From: Chiloscyllium plagiosum | Taxonomy: Eukaryota | Assembly: GCF_004010195.1 (NCBI RefSeq) | Contig: NC_057719.1 | Span: 35,774,684-35,838,683 of the forward strand | Length of the DNA: 64,000 nucleotides | Direction: 5' to 3' | Part shown: positions 41,949 through 53,899 of the stretch, piece after piece | Layout: each line of letters starts with the position of its first letter | Position numbering within the stretch: position 1 is the stretch's first letter | Notes under the pieces: model-generated | Databases searched by the model: none | Told to the model about the DNA's origin: nothing | What the model saw: only the letters and a program-made list of their open reading frames with translations | Position numbers and translations under genes: made by a program

Positions 41949-42610
41949 TTTTTAAAAAATTGCAGCTATTTATTAGATTTCCTAATGTTCACAGAAACAT
42001 TTTGAAACGGTGTAGACATCACTTTTGATAGTCTCCTGATGACATGGCTGGGAGTATTCTATTTTTATCCAGAATATCAGATATCCTTCTATGTTGGACA
42101 TTCATAGTGTCTTATGAGACTATTTCATCACAGTGGTGGAAGGTCATCACGTTACAAGAAGGGGCAGAGCCTCACTCTAAGGATTATCAGTCACTTCCTC
42201 CAGCAGCTGCTTCACCTCTTTTTCTCCCAACTCAGCTTCCCAGCGTAGCTTCTTCCATTACTCTCCCGTGGCAAAATAATCTGATACATTCTCTTTTCAG
42301 ATGGATGCCAATAATCCAAATAAGATGCAAATGTCCTGTGGCAACATATCTCGCTTAAGAAGTGCCTCCTGCTAAATCAAGGAAAATGAATGCTGAGAAT
42401 GCTGCATTACCCGGAATTCTTCCTCACCAACTTTCAGCAGCTTAATAGCCTTCACCATATCCTTTTCATCTTTATGTTCATCAAACCTTGCTTGTAGCAT
42501 GAAGGCATAAAAATGATACTTGTCAGTAAAAATGCAGGATTCTTTGTGCTGTACAGTCTGTTTGTAAAACTGAAAGACTTTCTGCTGGTAGGTCAAATAA
42601 ACAGCTATTG
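41949..42610 (-). pseudogene. NDUFB9: Processed NDUFB9 (complex I LYR-motif subunit) pseudogene
   Basis: Intronless across the whole CDS (~42089-42608): YLTYQQKVFQFYKQ..ARFDEHKDEKDMVKAIKLLK.GEEEF..QH..GGT..LDYWHPSEK..DYFA..WKKLR..EVKQL..EALP..DLPPL. Several frameshifts and stops, start codon reads ATA, AATAAA at 41969-41974 with a short A tract beyond. Confidence 0.92.
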
Positions 42611-43869
42611 TTCCAACAGTCCTTTGCCTGGCACTTGTGTGGCAAGGTCACAAATGGTGCTGAACAGTGTGCATCATTAGTGAACATCCTCATTTATGAC
42701 CTTTTGATGCAGGAAAGATCATTGATGAGGCAGCTAAAGATAGTTATATTGAGGACATTATCCTATTCTGTTAGGGTTCTCATGGCACAGCAATCTATCT
42801 CTATCTCTGGATCACTAGGCTCAGGTTCCAGTCCCACCTGCTCCACAGATGTGTGATAACTTCTCTGAAAATGTTGATTTGACATTACGAAAAATCTTAT
42901 TCTCTTGCAGAGAGTGGAGTTTTAGAGCACATCTTCAGTGATACTACTGAATGTCATCAAAGTCCAGAGCCTTTGCTGTATCCAATGTTTAGCATCTCTT
43001 GATGTCATGTGAAGTGAATCACATTCGATAAGGTCTGGCATCTATTATGCTAGGGACCTAAGAATGATGCCAAGATGGATCATCCACTTCTTGCTGAGGA
43101 CATTTGACAATTTATTCTTGTCATACACTACCATGCTGGGCTCCTCCATCATGTGCATGAATCTTTTGCAATCAGTTCTTTAGTTGTCTACCACCATCTT
43201 TGACTAGGTGCAGCAGAGACTAGAGTGCTTTGATCTAAGCCACTGGATCTGAACATAGTTAAAAATCACACAACACCAGGTTATAGTCCAACAGATTTAA
43301 TTGGAATCACTAGCTTTCAGAATGCTGCTCCTTCATCAGGTGGACAACCTGTTGGACTTTATCCTGGTGTTGTGTGATTTTTAACTTTGTACACCCCAAT
43401 CCAACACTGGCATCTCCAAATCATGATCTGAACGTACTTAGTTCTTTTTGTAATACAATATTTTACTTGTTTAGCATTAGCCCTATCTTGTAGCTTCATC
43501 ACCTAGAGTTGTGGAGTCATAGAGATGTACAGCACAGAAACAGACCCTTCTGTCCAACTCGGCAATGCCAACCAAATATGCTAAACTAATCAAGTCCCAT
43601 TTCCCAGCACTTGGCCCATATCCCTCTAAATAGCCTTTCAAGATCTCAAGACATTCCAAAGTGCTTTACAATGAATGTAGTACTATTGAAGTCTAATCAC
43701 TGTTATATTGTAAATTACTGTTACCATGAGAGTCTTGATAAATGTGAATCAGTTTGCGAGGTTAAACAGTGGGAAGGATAGAAGAAATGAAAGAAGGAAA
43801 AGAAAGCAAAGAGAAAAGAAAGAAGTAGCATCTTCCATGACTTGACGTCTTCCATCCATTGGGTACTTT

Positions 43870-45302
43870 TGAAATCTGGTCAGTATTGTAATCTAAAAAA
43901 GAGATTAACAGAATCTTACATGGATTCATGCAGTTTTTGAGCAAAATAAAATGTAATTCTGCAAGTACAAATTCACCCCACAAAGCTATATATATATATG
44001 TGTGTGTGTGTTTGCGGGTATGTGTGTGCGGGAGGGGATGAGTGGAAATGAGAGAGTGTGATGATGTGTATGTGTGTGAGTGTGAGTGAAAGGGGTATAA
44101 GTCTGTGAGAGGGCGCATGTGTGAGTGTGGGAGCATATGAGAGAGAGCTTGTGTATGAGAGAGGGTCTGCATGAGTGTATGGGTTTGTAGGGGTGTGTGT
44201 GCATGTGTATGCGTGCGTAGTGCAGTGGGGTCACCTGTAGAGTCACATGAACCCAAGGTCCTGGTTGAGGCCATCTCCATGGGTACCGAACTTGGCTATC
44301 AGCCCCTGCTTGGCCACTTTGTATTGTTGCCTGCCCTGAAGTCCGCCTCGGAGGATGGTCACCTGAAGTTCTGAGGTTAAATGTCCTGGATCACTGAAGT
44401 GTTCTCCAACTGGAAGGAAACACGCCTGTCTGTTGATTGTCGTGCGGTGTCCATTCATGGTTGTCATAACTTCTGCTCGGTCTCGCTAATGTACCACGCC
44501 GTAGGGCATCCTTGCCTGCATTATATGATATAGACAATGTTGGCCAATTCACATGACTCTGTCACAGACAGACACACACAGACATAGCCAGACAGACAGA
44601 CACACACACACTCCTACAGACCCATCCACTCAAGCAGACTCTCTCTCATACACAAGCCCTCTCTCATATGCTCTGACATATACTCCCACACTCACACATG
44701 CACCCTCTCACAGACTTATACCCCTTTACACTCACATACATACACACACTCACACTTTCTTGCAGACACTCATACCCCCACACAAGCACACACACATTTT
44801 TGTGGGGTGAATTTGTACTTGCAGAATTACATTTTATTTTGCTCAAAACTGCATGAATCCATGTAAGTTTTTGTCAATCCCTTTTTTAGATTGGAATCAG
44901 TCTGAACATTGGGGCACAGAAAGCCTTACACAGGGCACCTCACACCTTCAAAGCATTATCTGGGCCAACATGGCACCTATTATTAAAGTTCATTTGAGAA
45001 TGTAACTTTAAGAATGTTCTGGAATTTACATATGGAAGAACTGAAACCAACATGCCCATTCTAAAAGATGAGAGACTTAACAAACAATCCAGGTCTTTTT
45101 CAATATATAATTTCAGTTACATCCCATTGTAAACCTTTGCTATAAATTCAGTGTCTTACGATCTTATATCCCACAACCACCTGATGAAGGAGCAGCGCTC
45201 CGAAAAGTAGTGCTTCCAATGAAACCTGTTGGACTATAACCTGGTGTTGTGTGTTTTTTAACTTTGTACATTCCAGTCCAACACCGGCATCTCCAAATCA
45301 TG
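43870..45302. mobile_element. Second PLE family, inverted structure with CA/TG-rich 3' region
   Basis: Minus strand GIY-YIG: CRQGC..AWYI.ET..MNGHRTTI..PVGEHFS.PGH..LQVTIL.GG..LIAKFGTH.DGLN.D. Sequence at 43880-44200 is mirrored at 44590-44900. Confidence 0.8.
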
Positions 45303-48300
45303 AACATTAAAGAATTTCGATACCATGCAAGGCAAAGCAGACCACTTGATTTGCAAACCTGCAACTTCTACAATCTTGAAGCAAAATAGCAGCATATGCA
45401 TGGGAACACCACTGTCTGTAAATTCCCCTCCAAGATGCACACCATCCTGACTTGGAGTAATATCATCATTCCTTTACTGTCACTAAGCCAAAATACTGGA
45501 AATCCCTCCTTAAAGGTGTACCAATTGGTGTACCCACCTTCTCAGTGGTAATTAGAGATAGTCTATAAGTACTGGCCTAGTCAGCAATGCCAATTGATGA
45601 ATATTAAAAAAGATGAATGATACTGTTTCTCTCAATGGAGTGCAGATTGTGATGATATGAGTACAATCTCAATATATTTTGAGATTTGGATTTTAGATGG
45701 ATATGGGTTGCTACTGTGAGGGTAATTCTTTTTAAAAACAAGTCAAAAAGTCATTTGGAGCAGAAACCTAAGTTAATCAATTCCACAAAAGTGTGTGACT
45801 GCAATCAAGTGCATCACAGAGTGCCTTTCATATAATGGATGGAATGTCCACACAGCAGAGTTTACAACAGGTTAGGAAGCAATTAGTTTAGTTTTGACTT
45901 CACAACAGAAAGTTCCAGCAGAAGGAACTTAAGTTCTAAATAATAAAGAGCTCAGTTCATAAGTAGTACAGTTTCTCCTAGCATAAAAATTAAGCTTTTA
46001 ATTCGGGTGAAGCAATCACTATTGCCAAAGTGTTTTGGTATGTAAAGCTGTAGAGTATGTCGAGCTTCCAAATAGAAATAGTTTGGATAGAAATCTTCAA
46101 AGTGATTAGAACTAAAAATGTTTAGGCCATCAAAATTAGGAAAGGTTCATTATACGTTATTGTCATTTGGCAACTTGGATCCTAAAATAATGTGTAGCTT
46201 TAAGTTTGATTTATATTTGATAAAATATTAACCAATTAAGCAAAATATTTCATTATATAAGTAACTGAACACTTAAATCATCATAAAGGATTTGTCTGTT
46301 CAAATTCACTACATTGGATGTTTGTTTTGCATCAATGAGAATGTGCTTTTTCTCAGTGTGGCATAACCAACTGACAGGTATCTTTATATTTTGTCCAGGT
46401 ATCTTTATATTTTGTCCTGATGCCTCTTGATTAATGCTCATGCCAGATAATAAATGAGTTTACCTGCAGATGGAAAAGCAAAGCATGGTGGGTGGGAGAA
46501 ATGAGTTGGCACCAAAGAATAGAGGAGCTTTAAAGGACCATAGGATGATTTGTAGCTTCTTGTGCATGAGTGACCATGGGAGATGGGCATAGTGAGAGAT
46601 CTGAGGTATGAGAGACCATGAGGGTGTGTATAGGGGCATAAATTGGATGTGAAATACCAGGCATTGAAGGATGGGTAGATGGAAATAGATTGGCATGAAG
46701 AAAACTGGTACCACAGCGGATAGATAAACACAAGTTTATTGGGTAACACAGGTTGTATGAGGGGCCTTGGAAGTTAGTGCAGGAGCTTGAGATAGCATGG
46801 ATGAGCATACAGAGTGAGGACAGTGAGGGAGTGACAGCAGATTTAGGACACTCAGTCCTGCTGCATAGAGCAATTAAGAGACCTGAAGAGAAGGAGAGAC
46901 TCAGAGTTATGAGTTGGGAGGGACTCAGTTTTCAAACAAAACGAGGAAACCCTTCCATCAGGTGATTGGGTGGGGATAGAAGAATGAAAGAGAGACCAAG
47001 GAAAAGATGGAAACTATGGAGCTTTCTCAGAGAGACGTCCCCTAGATCATAATTGGAAGACACCCAAGACAGAATGCCATTGGTGACAGCAGGCCTAAAG
47101 CCTGGTCCTCGTTGACCAAGTTTCTCCAAGAATCTACAGATTAGGTGTTAGGCCCCTCAGTAATTAATTAAATGAGCCAGATGCCTGTATTAGGTAGCCA
47201 TTCTAGAGATAGCCTGACTCAATCTAAGGTCAGAAGCTCTTTCTATATTTATCAGATGCAGCATATTGGATCCTGAAATTAGGCTTCTTTATGCCTAATG
47301 GGGCAATAGTATAATTTTATTGAAGAGATTTAACTCCCTGGAAGTTAAATAAGCCACTAATGAGGTCTATAATGCAACTGTCAACCTGTATTGACTTATA
47401 CCAATGTAAATTGATTTTTATGAATTTATCTCCTTATTTATGAGGCAGTCGGATAGGGTTACTGTGAATAATATGACCAGTTTTGATGTCATTTTAATTC
47501 TTGTAATTCATTGGAAGATCCATATGACATGCTACTTGCAGGCTCCTTTTAACAGCTGAATTTAAAATATTCCTGTAAAGCCATGGATTTAAGTTTCAGG
47601 CTATTCTTTGATGAGGAAGAAACAAAAGAGTTAGAAGAGGAGAAAGGATATTTAAATACAAATGAAAAGTATGAGTCAGTTCTAATGAGTCAGATGTACC
47701 AACAGTAGGAAGAAATGTTATTCAGAGACACAGTTAAGAGTCTAAAATTGTAACTGTCAGTGAACATTTTTAAGCAGGCATGATAAGCACAATAAATGGA
47801 CATTTCAACTTGACTCACAATAAGTGTTGTAAGTTCCTTGACTGAGAATGGAAAAACTAATGTTGCAGGCCAGAATTTTAAAGTTCAATCTACCTTTGAC
47901 TTCCACTTTCATTTTTTAAAACATTTTCTTTTTATTTTGACATTAATCTGAATTCCTTAACTAAAAACATGAGCTGTGGTCATTTCCAAGGCCTGTTGCA
48001 GTGCAATTCCAAAATGAAACATGGACAGCCCTGAGCCAACCTGAACATCATTTTCTCTTTATTTGAATAAGTGTAATCTCTACTCTGGTCCTACTCTGGG
48101 AATGTTTCCTCTGGTCGCCTTGCATCAGTGATACAAAATGCAAATTTGAACATTTTCTTTGATTGATATTTTAATTAAAACTGTAATTGCATTTTTATAG
48201 AATGAGTTAGAAATAGCACATTATCAGATTGATATTAATTGATTTTGATGTGTGAAAAGGGCACAATCAGTGGTAAAATGTTGTTGCAGTATTTATTGTC

Positions 48301-48625
48301 TGCATATTAACTGCCATTTTCCTTCTGGTTATCAGGTAGCAGGCAGCACTACTTAGTCATTTAAATAGTGGTCCTGTGATACAGATAGGATTCTTACTGC
48401 AAACATAGCAGAGATATAATTGCCACAGGCCAATGTCTCCTGCTGCAGGCAGCTTTTAAATCTACAAAGGAAAGGAGGTCCTGCATTTCTTGTGACCATA
48501 AAGACCACAATGACTATTTAGTTTGGGCTCTAATTGTTATAGGTGATAGATTTCTGCCTGTTAGTTTCAGACTTCTGTATTGAGCAGATGCCCTCTTCTG
48601 AAAGATCAGTATTCATATCAAGTTC

Positions 48626-49703
48626 TGATTTGGAGATGCCGGTGTTGGACTGGGGTGTACAAAGTTAAAAATCACACAACACCAGGTTATAGTCCAACAG
48701 GTTTAATTGGAAGCACACTAGCTTTCGTAGCGACGCTCCTTCATCAGGTGATAGTCCTTCATCAGGTGACTATCACCTGATGAAGGAGCAACACTCCGAA
48801 AGCTAGTATGCTTCCAATTAAACCTGTTGGACTATAACCTGGTGTTGTGTGATTTTTAACTTCATATCAAGTTCAACATTGTCAATAGGAGGCAACATAA
48901 GCAAGCTATTTGCTTTACAGCTGAAAATGTGTTGCTGGAAAAGCGCAGCAGGTCAGGCAGCATCCAGGGAACAGGAGAATCGATGTTTCGGGCATAAGCC
49001 CTTCTTCAGGAAGGTTTATGCCTGAAACGTCGATTTTCCTGTTCCCTCGATGCTGCCTGACCTGCTGTGCTTTTCCAGCAACACATTTTCAGCTCTGATC
49101 TCCAGCATCTGCAGACCTCACTTTCTCCTATTTGCTTTACAGCCAAAGTTAGGTTTCTTACAAAGGAGAAAACATAGGTTACAGTCAAATCACCTTCAGG
49201 GCATCTCCCCATGAATCAACAGCACCTCTTAACACGATGGGGTTCCATTTTCCGAAAATTCACTATGCCATGGACCATGCCATGAGTAAATGCAAATGTA
49301 TGCATGCTTTCCAGAGAGATATTATATCACCACACTGTGGCTCAGTACAGTAACTTCACCTGTCCAAAAACCATACTATGAATTGTTGGCTGCTTGGTGA
49401 TAACTGATTACCTGATTGATGCTGCCAATATGCCACATATCATTTCCTGCTAAAATAAATACTGTATAGGAATAGTCATAGGGAGAAAGTGAGGACTGCA
49501 GATGCTGGAGATCAGAGCTGAAAAATGTGTTGCTGGAAAAGTGCAGCAGGTCAGGCAGCATCCAAGGAGCAGGAGAATTGACATTTCGGGCATAAGCCCT
49601 TCTTCAGGAATCCTAAAGAAGGGCTTATGCCCGAAATGTCGATTCTCCTGCTCCTTGGATGCTGCCTGACGTGCTGCGCTTTTCCAGCAACACATTTTTC
49701 AGC
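48626..49703. repeat. Three short palindromic PLE-terminus insertions (48626-48860, 48922-49127, 49482-49703)
   Basis: Each is an inverted pair of PLE ends with an exact direct repeat on both sides: TTCATATCAAGTTC (14 bp), CTATTTGCTTTACAGC (16 bp), TAGGAATAGTCATAG (15 bp). Confidence 0.85.
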
Positions 49704-49937
49704 TAGGAATAGTCATAGACAAAACTATGTCCCCCTTAGTTAATCTTTGTGATTCAGATTCTTGGTCCAAATATAACAGCCCAGAAAGAAATCGTGCAAT
49801 GTGTTGCACATGGTGATGGCATGATATGTATTCCACAGGTTCTCCATTCAGAGGTATAGACCATAGGATTGGATCTTCAAGAAACTTCATAAGGTTCTGA
49901 AGAAAAGAATTTGCAGGGAAAAGCACAAAATGCAGAC

Positions 49938-50832
49938 TTGCGCGGGTATCCGTTTTTGGCGAATACCTTGTATAGGTGTTCCTCTTCTTCTTTTTGCAGT
50001 CCTGGTGTACTATGAAAGTATGAAAGTAACCACCCCAACACACACAAACGAAGCTGCATCAGGACACTATTCAAAAGGGCCACAACACACTGCAGTACAC
50101 CAGGACTGCAAAAAGAAGAAAAGGAACAAGGTATACGCCAAAAACGGATACCCGCGCAACTTCATCAGCAGATGCCTAAGAGAATGACCACGGAACGAGG
50201 ACATACCACAACCAAAAGGACTAGCCACACTACCATACATCAGGAGCATCTCGGAACTGACTGCCAGACTACTGCGACCCCTAGGACTCATAACGGCACA
50301 CAAACCAACAGCAACGCTCACACTACAACTCACCAGAACAAAAGACCCGATACCCAACATGAGCAAAACGAATGTAGTGTACAAAATACCATGCAAAGAC
50401 TGCACTAAACACTACATAGGACAAACAGGAAGACAGCTAACAATCCGCATACATGAACATCAACTAACCACGAAACGACACGACCAGCTATCCTTAGCAG
50501 CCACACACGCAGACAACAAGCAACATGAATTCGACTGGGACAACACTACTATCATAGGGCAAGCCAGACAGAGAACAGCCAGGGAATTCCTAGAGGCATG
50601 GCATTCATCCACAAACTCCATCAACAAACACATCGACCTGGACCCAATATACCAACCACTACAGCGGACAGCTGAAACTGACAACCGGAAGCGGCAGGGA
50701 CAGACCACTATAAACACCGGAGGAAACATCAAAGAAGCGCTTCGCAGGAGGCTCCCAAGCACTGATGATGTCACCTAGCCAGGGGACGAAACGTTTGCAA
50801 CAAAAACTTCCAGCTCGGCAAACAGAACCACA
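49938..50832 (+). mobile_element. Penelope/Poseidon-type PLE 3' part with short 5' inversion
   Basis: KNGYPRNFI, TLPYI..ISE, NVVYKIPCKDCTKHYIGQTGRQL.IRIHEH, H.FDW, REFLEAWH..SINK. 49938-50011 is an inverted copy of ~50094-50159. Confidence 0.9.
50759..50798 (+). ncRNA. Minimal type I hammerhead ribozyme motif in the PLE 3' end
   Basis: GCA-CUGAUGA-U-GUCACCU(AGCC)AGGGGAC-GAAA-CG-UU-UGC: conserved core, stem I GCA/UGC, stem II hairpin with one mismatch, palindromic AACGUU stem III. Confidence 0.7.
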
Positions 50833-53244
50833 TCATCCATTCACCTTCCAAGAGCTTATGAATATAAATTTGACTATTTATCATCAGACAATACAGGCTA
50901 TCCAGTTATTATTGAAGCAATCTGCAGTTGAAAAAGTCTGATTTTCTTTATTGAGTCAAATGTGTCACAAAACCATACATTTTCCTAGGTCCTAACCAAT
51001 AATGTCTTCAAATAAATTTTTCCTCATACTGTTGCCACATATGTCATTCTGACCAGTGACCAGCAAAGTTCAAGAAAGGAGTTTCAGTGAGAGCATTTGG
51101 GATGTTAGTAATGGATGACCTCTAATACTTCAACCCCGTGAAGGATTACATACAGAGCGACATCTGTCAGCTGCTTGTGAAATGTTTAGTTCAACTGACT
51201 TGGTGACATTGATTGGCTGTTGAGTACTCTGATGGAGACATAGACATACTGTGCATTTGGCTATAGTAGAAACAGTTCAACTGTGAAATTGCATATTTGA
51301 TCACTAGATGATTGGCAGAAGATCAGGTCACAGAATGTCTGACCTCGTTAAAGCCCCTTAATCTCACCGTTTGCACATACTTCTGGATTGTCATTCCAGA
51401 CTGGAAGAATCAATAGAAACCAGAACCCTAGTTGTAATAATTTGACCATCTTTCAATCAAACTTGCCAAATCTGCTGACAAAAACTCTCATGCAATTTTC
51501 AGACGGCGACTGCACTTAGTGCTACAACACTGAGAAATCATGGCTTACTTTTGAACATTACATAAATTAGAGCTGGGCTCCTCTATTTGCTTAGTCAAGA
51601 TGTTATAGTTCTTCATAGATTTTCAGGAACATACACTACTTATCGGTGTACATCCAACATTCTGCTCTTAAAATTTAGGTCAAAATAGCCTTCAACCCTG
51701 TCCTCTTCAGCAGTGATTAGATCAGGCTTGCCATCTAGGCAGCTATGTCTTTTGTTGCCCTCCCTAATATTTCCAGCTGTTGAAATGTGCTAATGAAGAT
51801 ATCCTGTGAAGATACCTCTCACTCAGTATTTATCCCACCACCAGATGCTGATTCCTAACATGCAATAGAATCATACAGCACAGAAGGAAGCCATTTGACC
51901 TATCTTCTTGAAACAGCAATCACCAATCTATAGTGTGTGCTTGTTGACAAAGAGGGAGCAGACGACAATGCAGGTAGTAAAGCCAACTTAGTTTGTTTTC
52001 TCTTTCAGCAGCAGAAACTGCAAATACAAACTTATGAACATATGATTATATGAGTTCGGAGCAGGAGTAGGCCATTCATTCCCTCGATCTCATTTTGCCA
52101 CAATAAACTCATGGTTGATCTGACTGTATCCATAACTCCACATTTCCACTTAACTTCAACAGTCTTTCACCCTTTTGCTTCCCAAGCATCTATCCATGTC
52201 TGAAGGAGAAAGTGAGGACTGCAGATGCTGGAGATTAGAATTGCAAAGTGTGGTGCTAGTAAAGGCACAGCAGGTTGAGCAGCGTCCAAGGAGCAGGAGA
52301 GTCAATATTTCGGGCGTTAGCCCTCCACTTCTGCTTTAAAAATATTCAAAGACTCTACTTCCACCACCTTTTGAGGGAGGGAATCCCAAAGATGAGGAAT
52401 AATAAATAGACACTCAAACATCTGGAGAAATGAAGCATCAACAGTTTGGCCAGCTCCCTATAGGAGTTATACATTGAAGACATATAAAAGGGCAAATTAC
52501 AGTCATGTTCCAATTGTTCGAGTCACCATTTCTAAAATTATGAGAAAGCATGTGTTCACAATCATCAAGGATTCCTGTTCTATGGAACTTAGGACTTCGA
52601 TGGAAGATGTTACACTTTCTGTTTGCATCATATGCAGTGTTGGTGCCAATTTTTCCTTGCAAGATGAAGAGCTTATAAATATGTAGCTTTATCAAAGATA
52701 TGTAAATTTGTGTGAAGCATACTGGTGTCTTTGTAGGGAGATGTCAGAGCAGGAAAATGACAAGAGGATGATATTTGCTAGCAAGTATGGGAGGGTGTAG
52801 ATATTGCTTGGTTCTGGGTTTGTGACTGTTGGAAAAACATGCAGCAAAACATTTGGCATAGACCAACAAGCATTCGATGATACAATTCATGGAATAGTCA
52901 TTTAATAACATAGCAGTAAGATTAGGGCCTGGTATCTGTCTGTGTACCATGGATAGTGGAACCTCCAGCTGAGTGATGGCACCGAGAAGGGCTTCTGGAC
53001 CTCCCTGGTGACAAGGGTGTGCTTATCGGAAGGAGACCTTATGGCGAGAAGTATAAGACAAATAAAAGCTTTTCTCAAGCTGATGTAAACAACTGCCTTG
53101 CGTTGATGTAGGGTGTAAGATTTATATATATCTAATTCCACTTACTTTTAACTTTGGATTTTTATAATTTGAATGAGTAAGTTTGCCTTGTTCTGTGCAT
53201 CTGAAGGGTTTAATGATTAACTTGTAACTATCTCTGTAACCTTG

Positions 53245-53735
53245 GTGATTTATTATAGAGAAAGAGAGTTATATAGCACAGAAACAGACCCTTCAGTCCA
53301 ACTTGTCAATACCAACCAAGTTTCCCAAACTAAACTAGTCCTACTTATCTGCATTTGGCTGATATCCCTCTTAACCTTTTCTATTCATGTACCTATCCCA
53401 ATGTCTTTTAAATTTTGTAACTGTACCTGCATCTACCACTTCCTCTGACAGTTTATTCCACATACGAACCACACTCTGTGTGAAAAAGTTGCCTCTCAGG
53501 TCATTTTGAAAAGTTTCTCCTCTCACCTAGTTTTAAACCCCCACACCCAAGAGAAGCAACTTTTGTTATTCACCTTCTCTATACTCCTCATGATTTTATA
53601 AATCTTTAAAAGGTCACCCCTCAACCTCCTACATCCAGTGGAATAACGTCCCTGCCCATCCAGCCTCGCCTTTTAACTCAAACCCTCTAGATCAGGCAAC
53701 ATTCTTGTTAATCTTTTCTTAATACTTTCCAATTT
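53245..53735 (-). mobile_element. CR1 3' end
   Basis: Homologous to the other CR1 3' ends (GAAACAGACCCTTC..., NFFTQSVVRMWN on the minus strand). Confidence 0.75.
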
Positions 53736-53899
53736 AATAATATAATTTCTTTTATAACAAATGAATAGAGAAGTGGTCTTCAGAATTAATGGTATTTTGT
53801 ATATTAGGAGTGTTTATGAACAAGCATAGCAAACTATTGTGCATCAATATTTCTGATAGAAACCTTTAGACTTCTGTTTTTTTTTAAACCTGGGGAACA

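Noticed and set aside
43762..44846. His/Thr-rich ORFs
   Set aside because: Translations of CA/TG microsatellite-like PLE 3' region.
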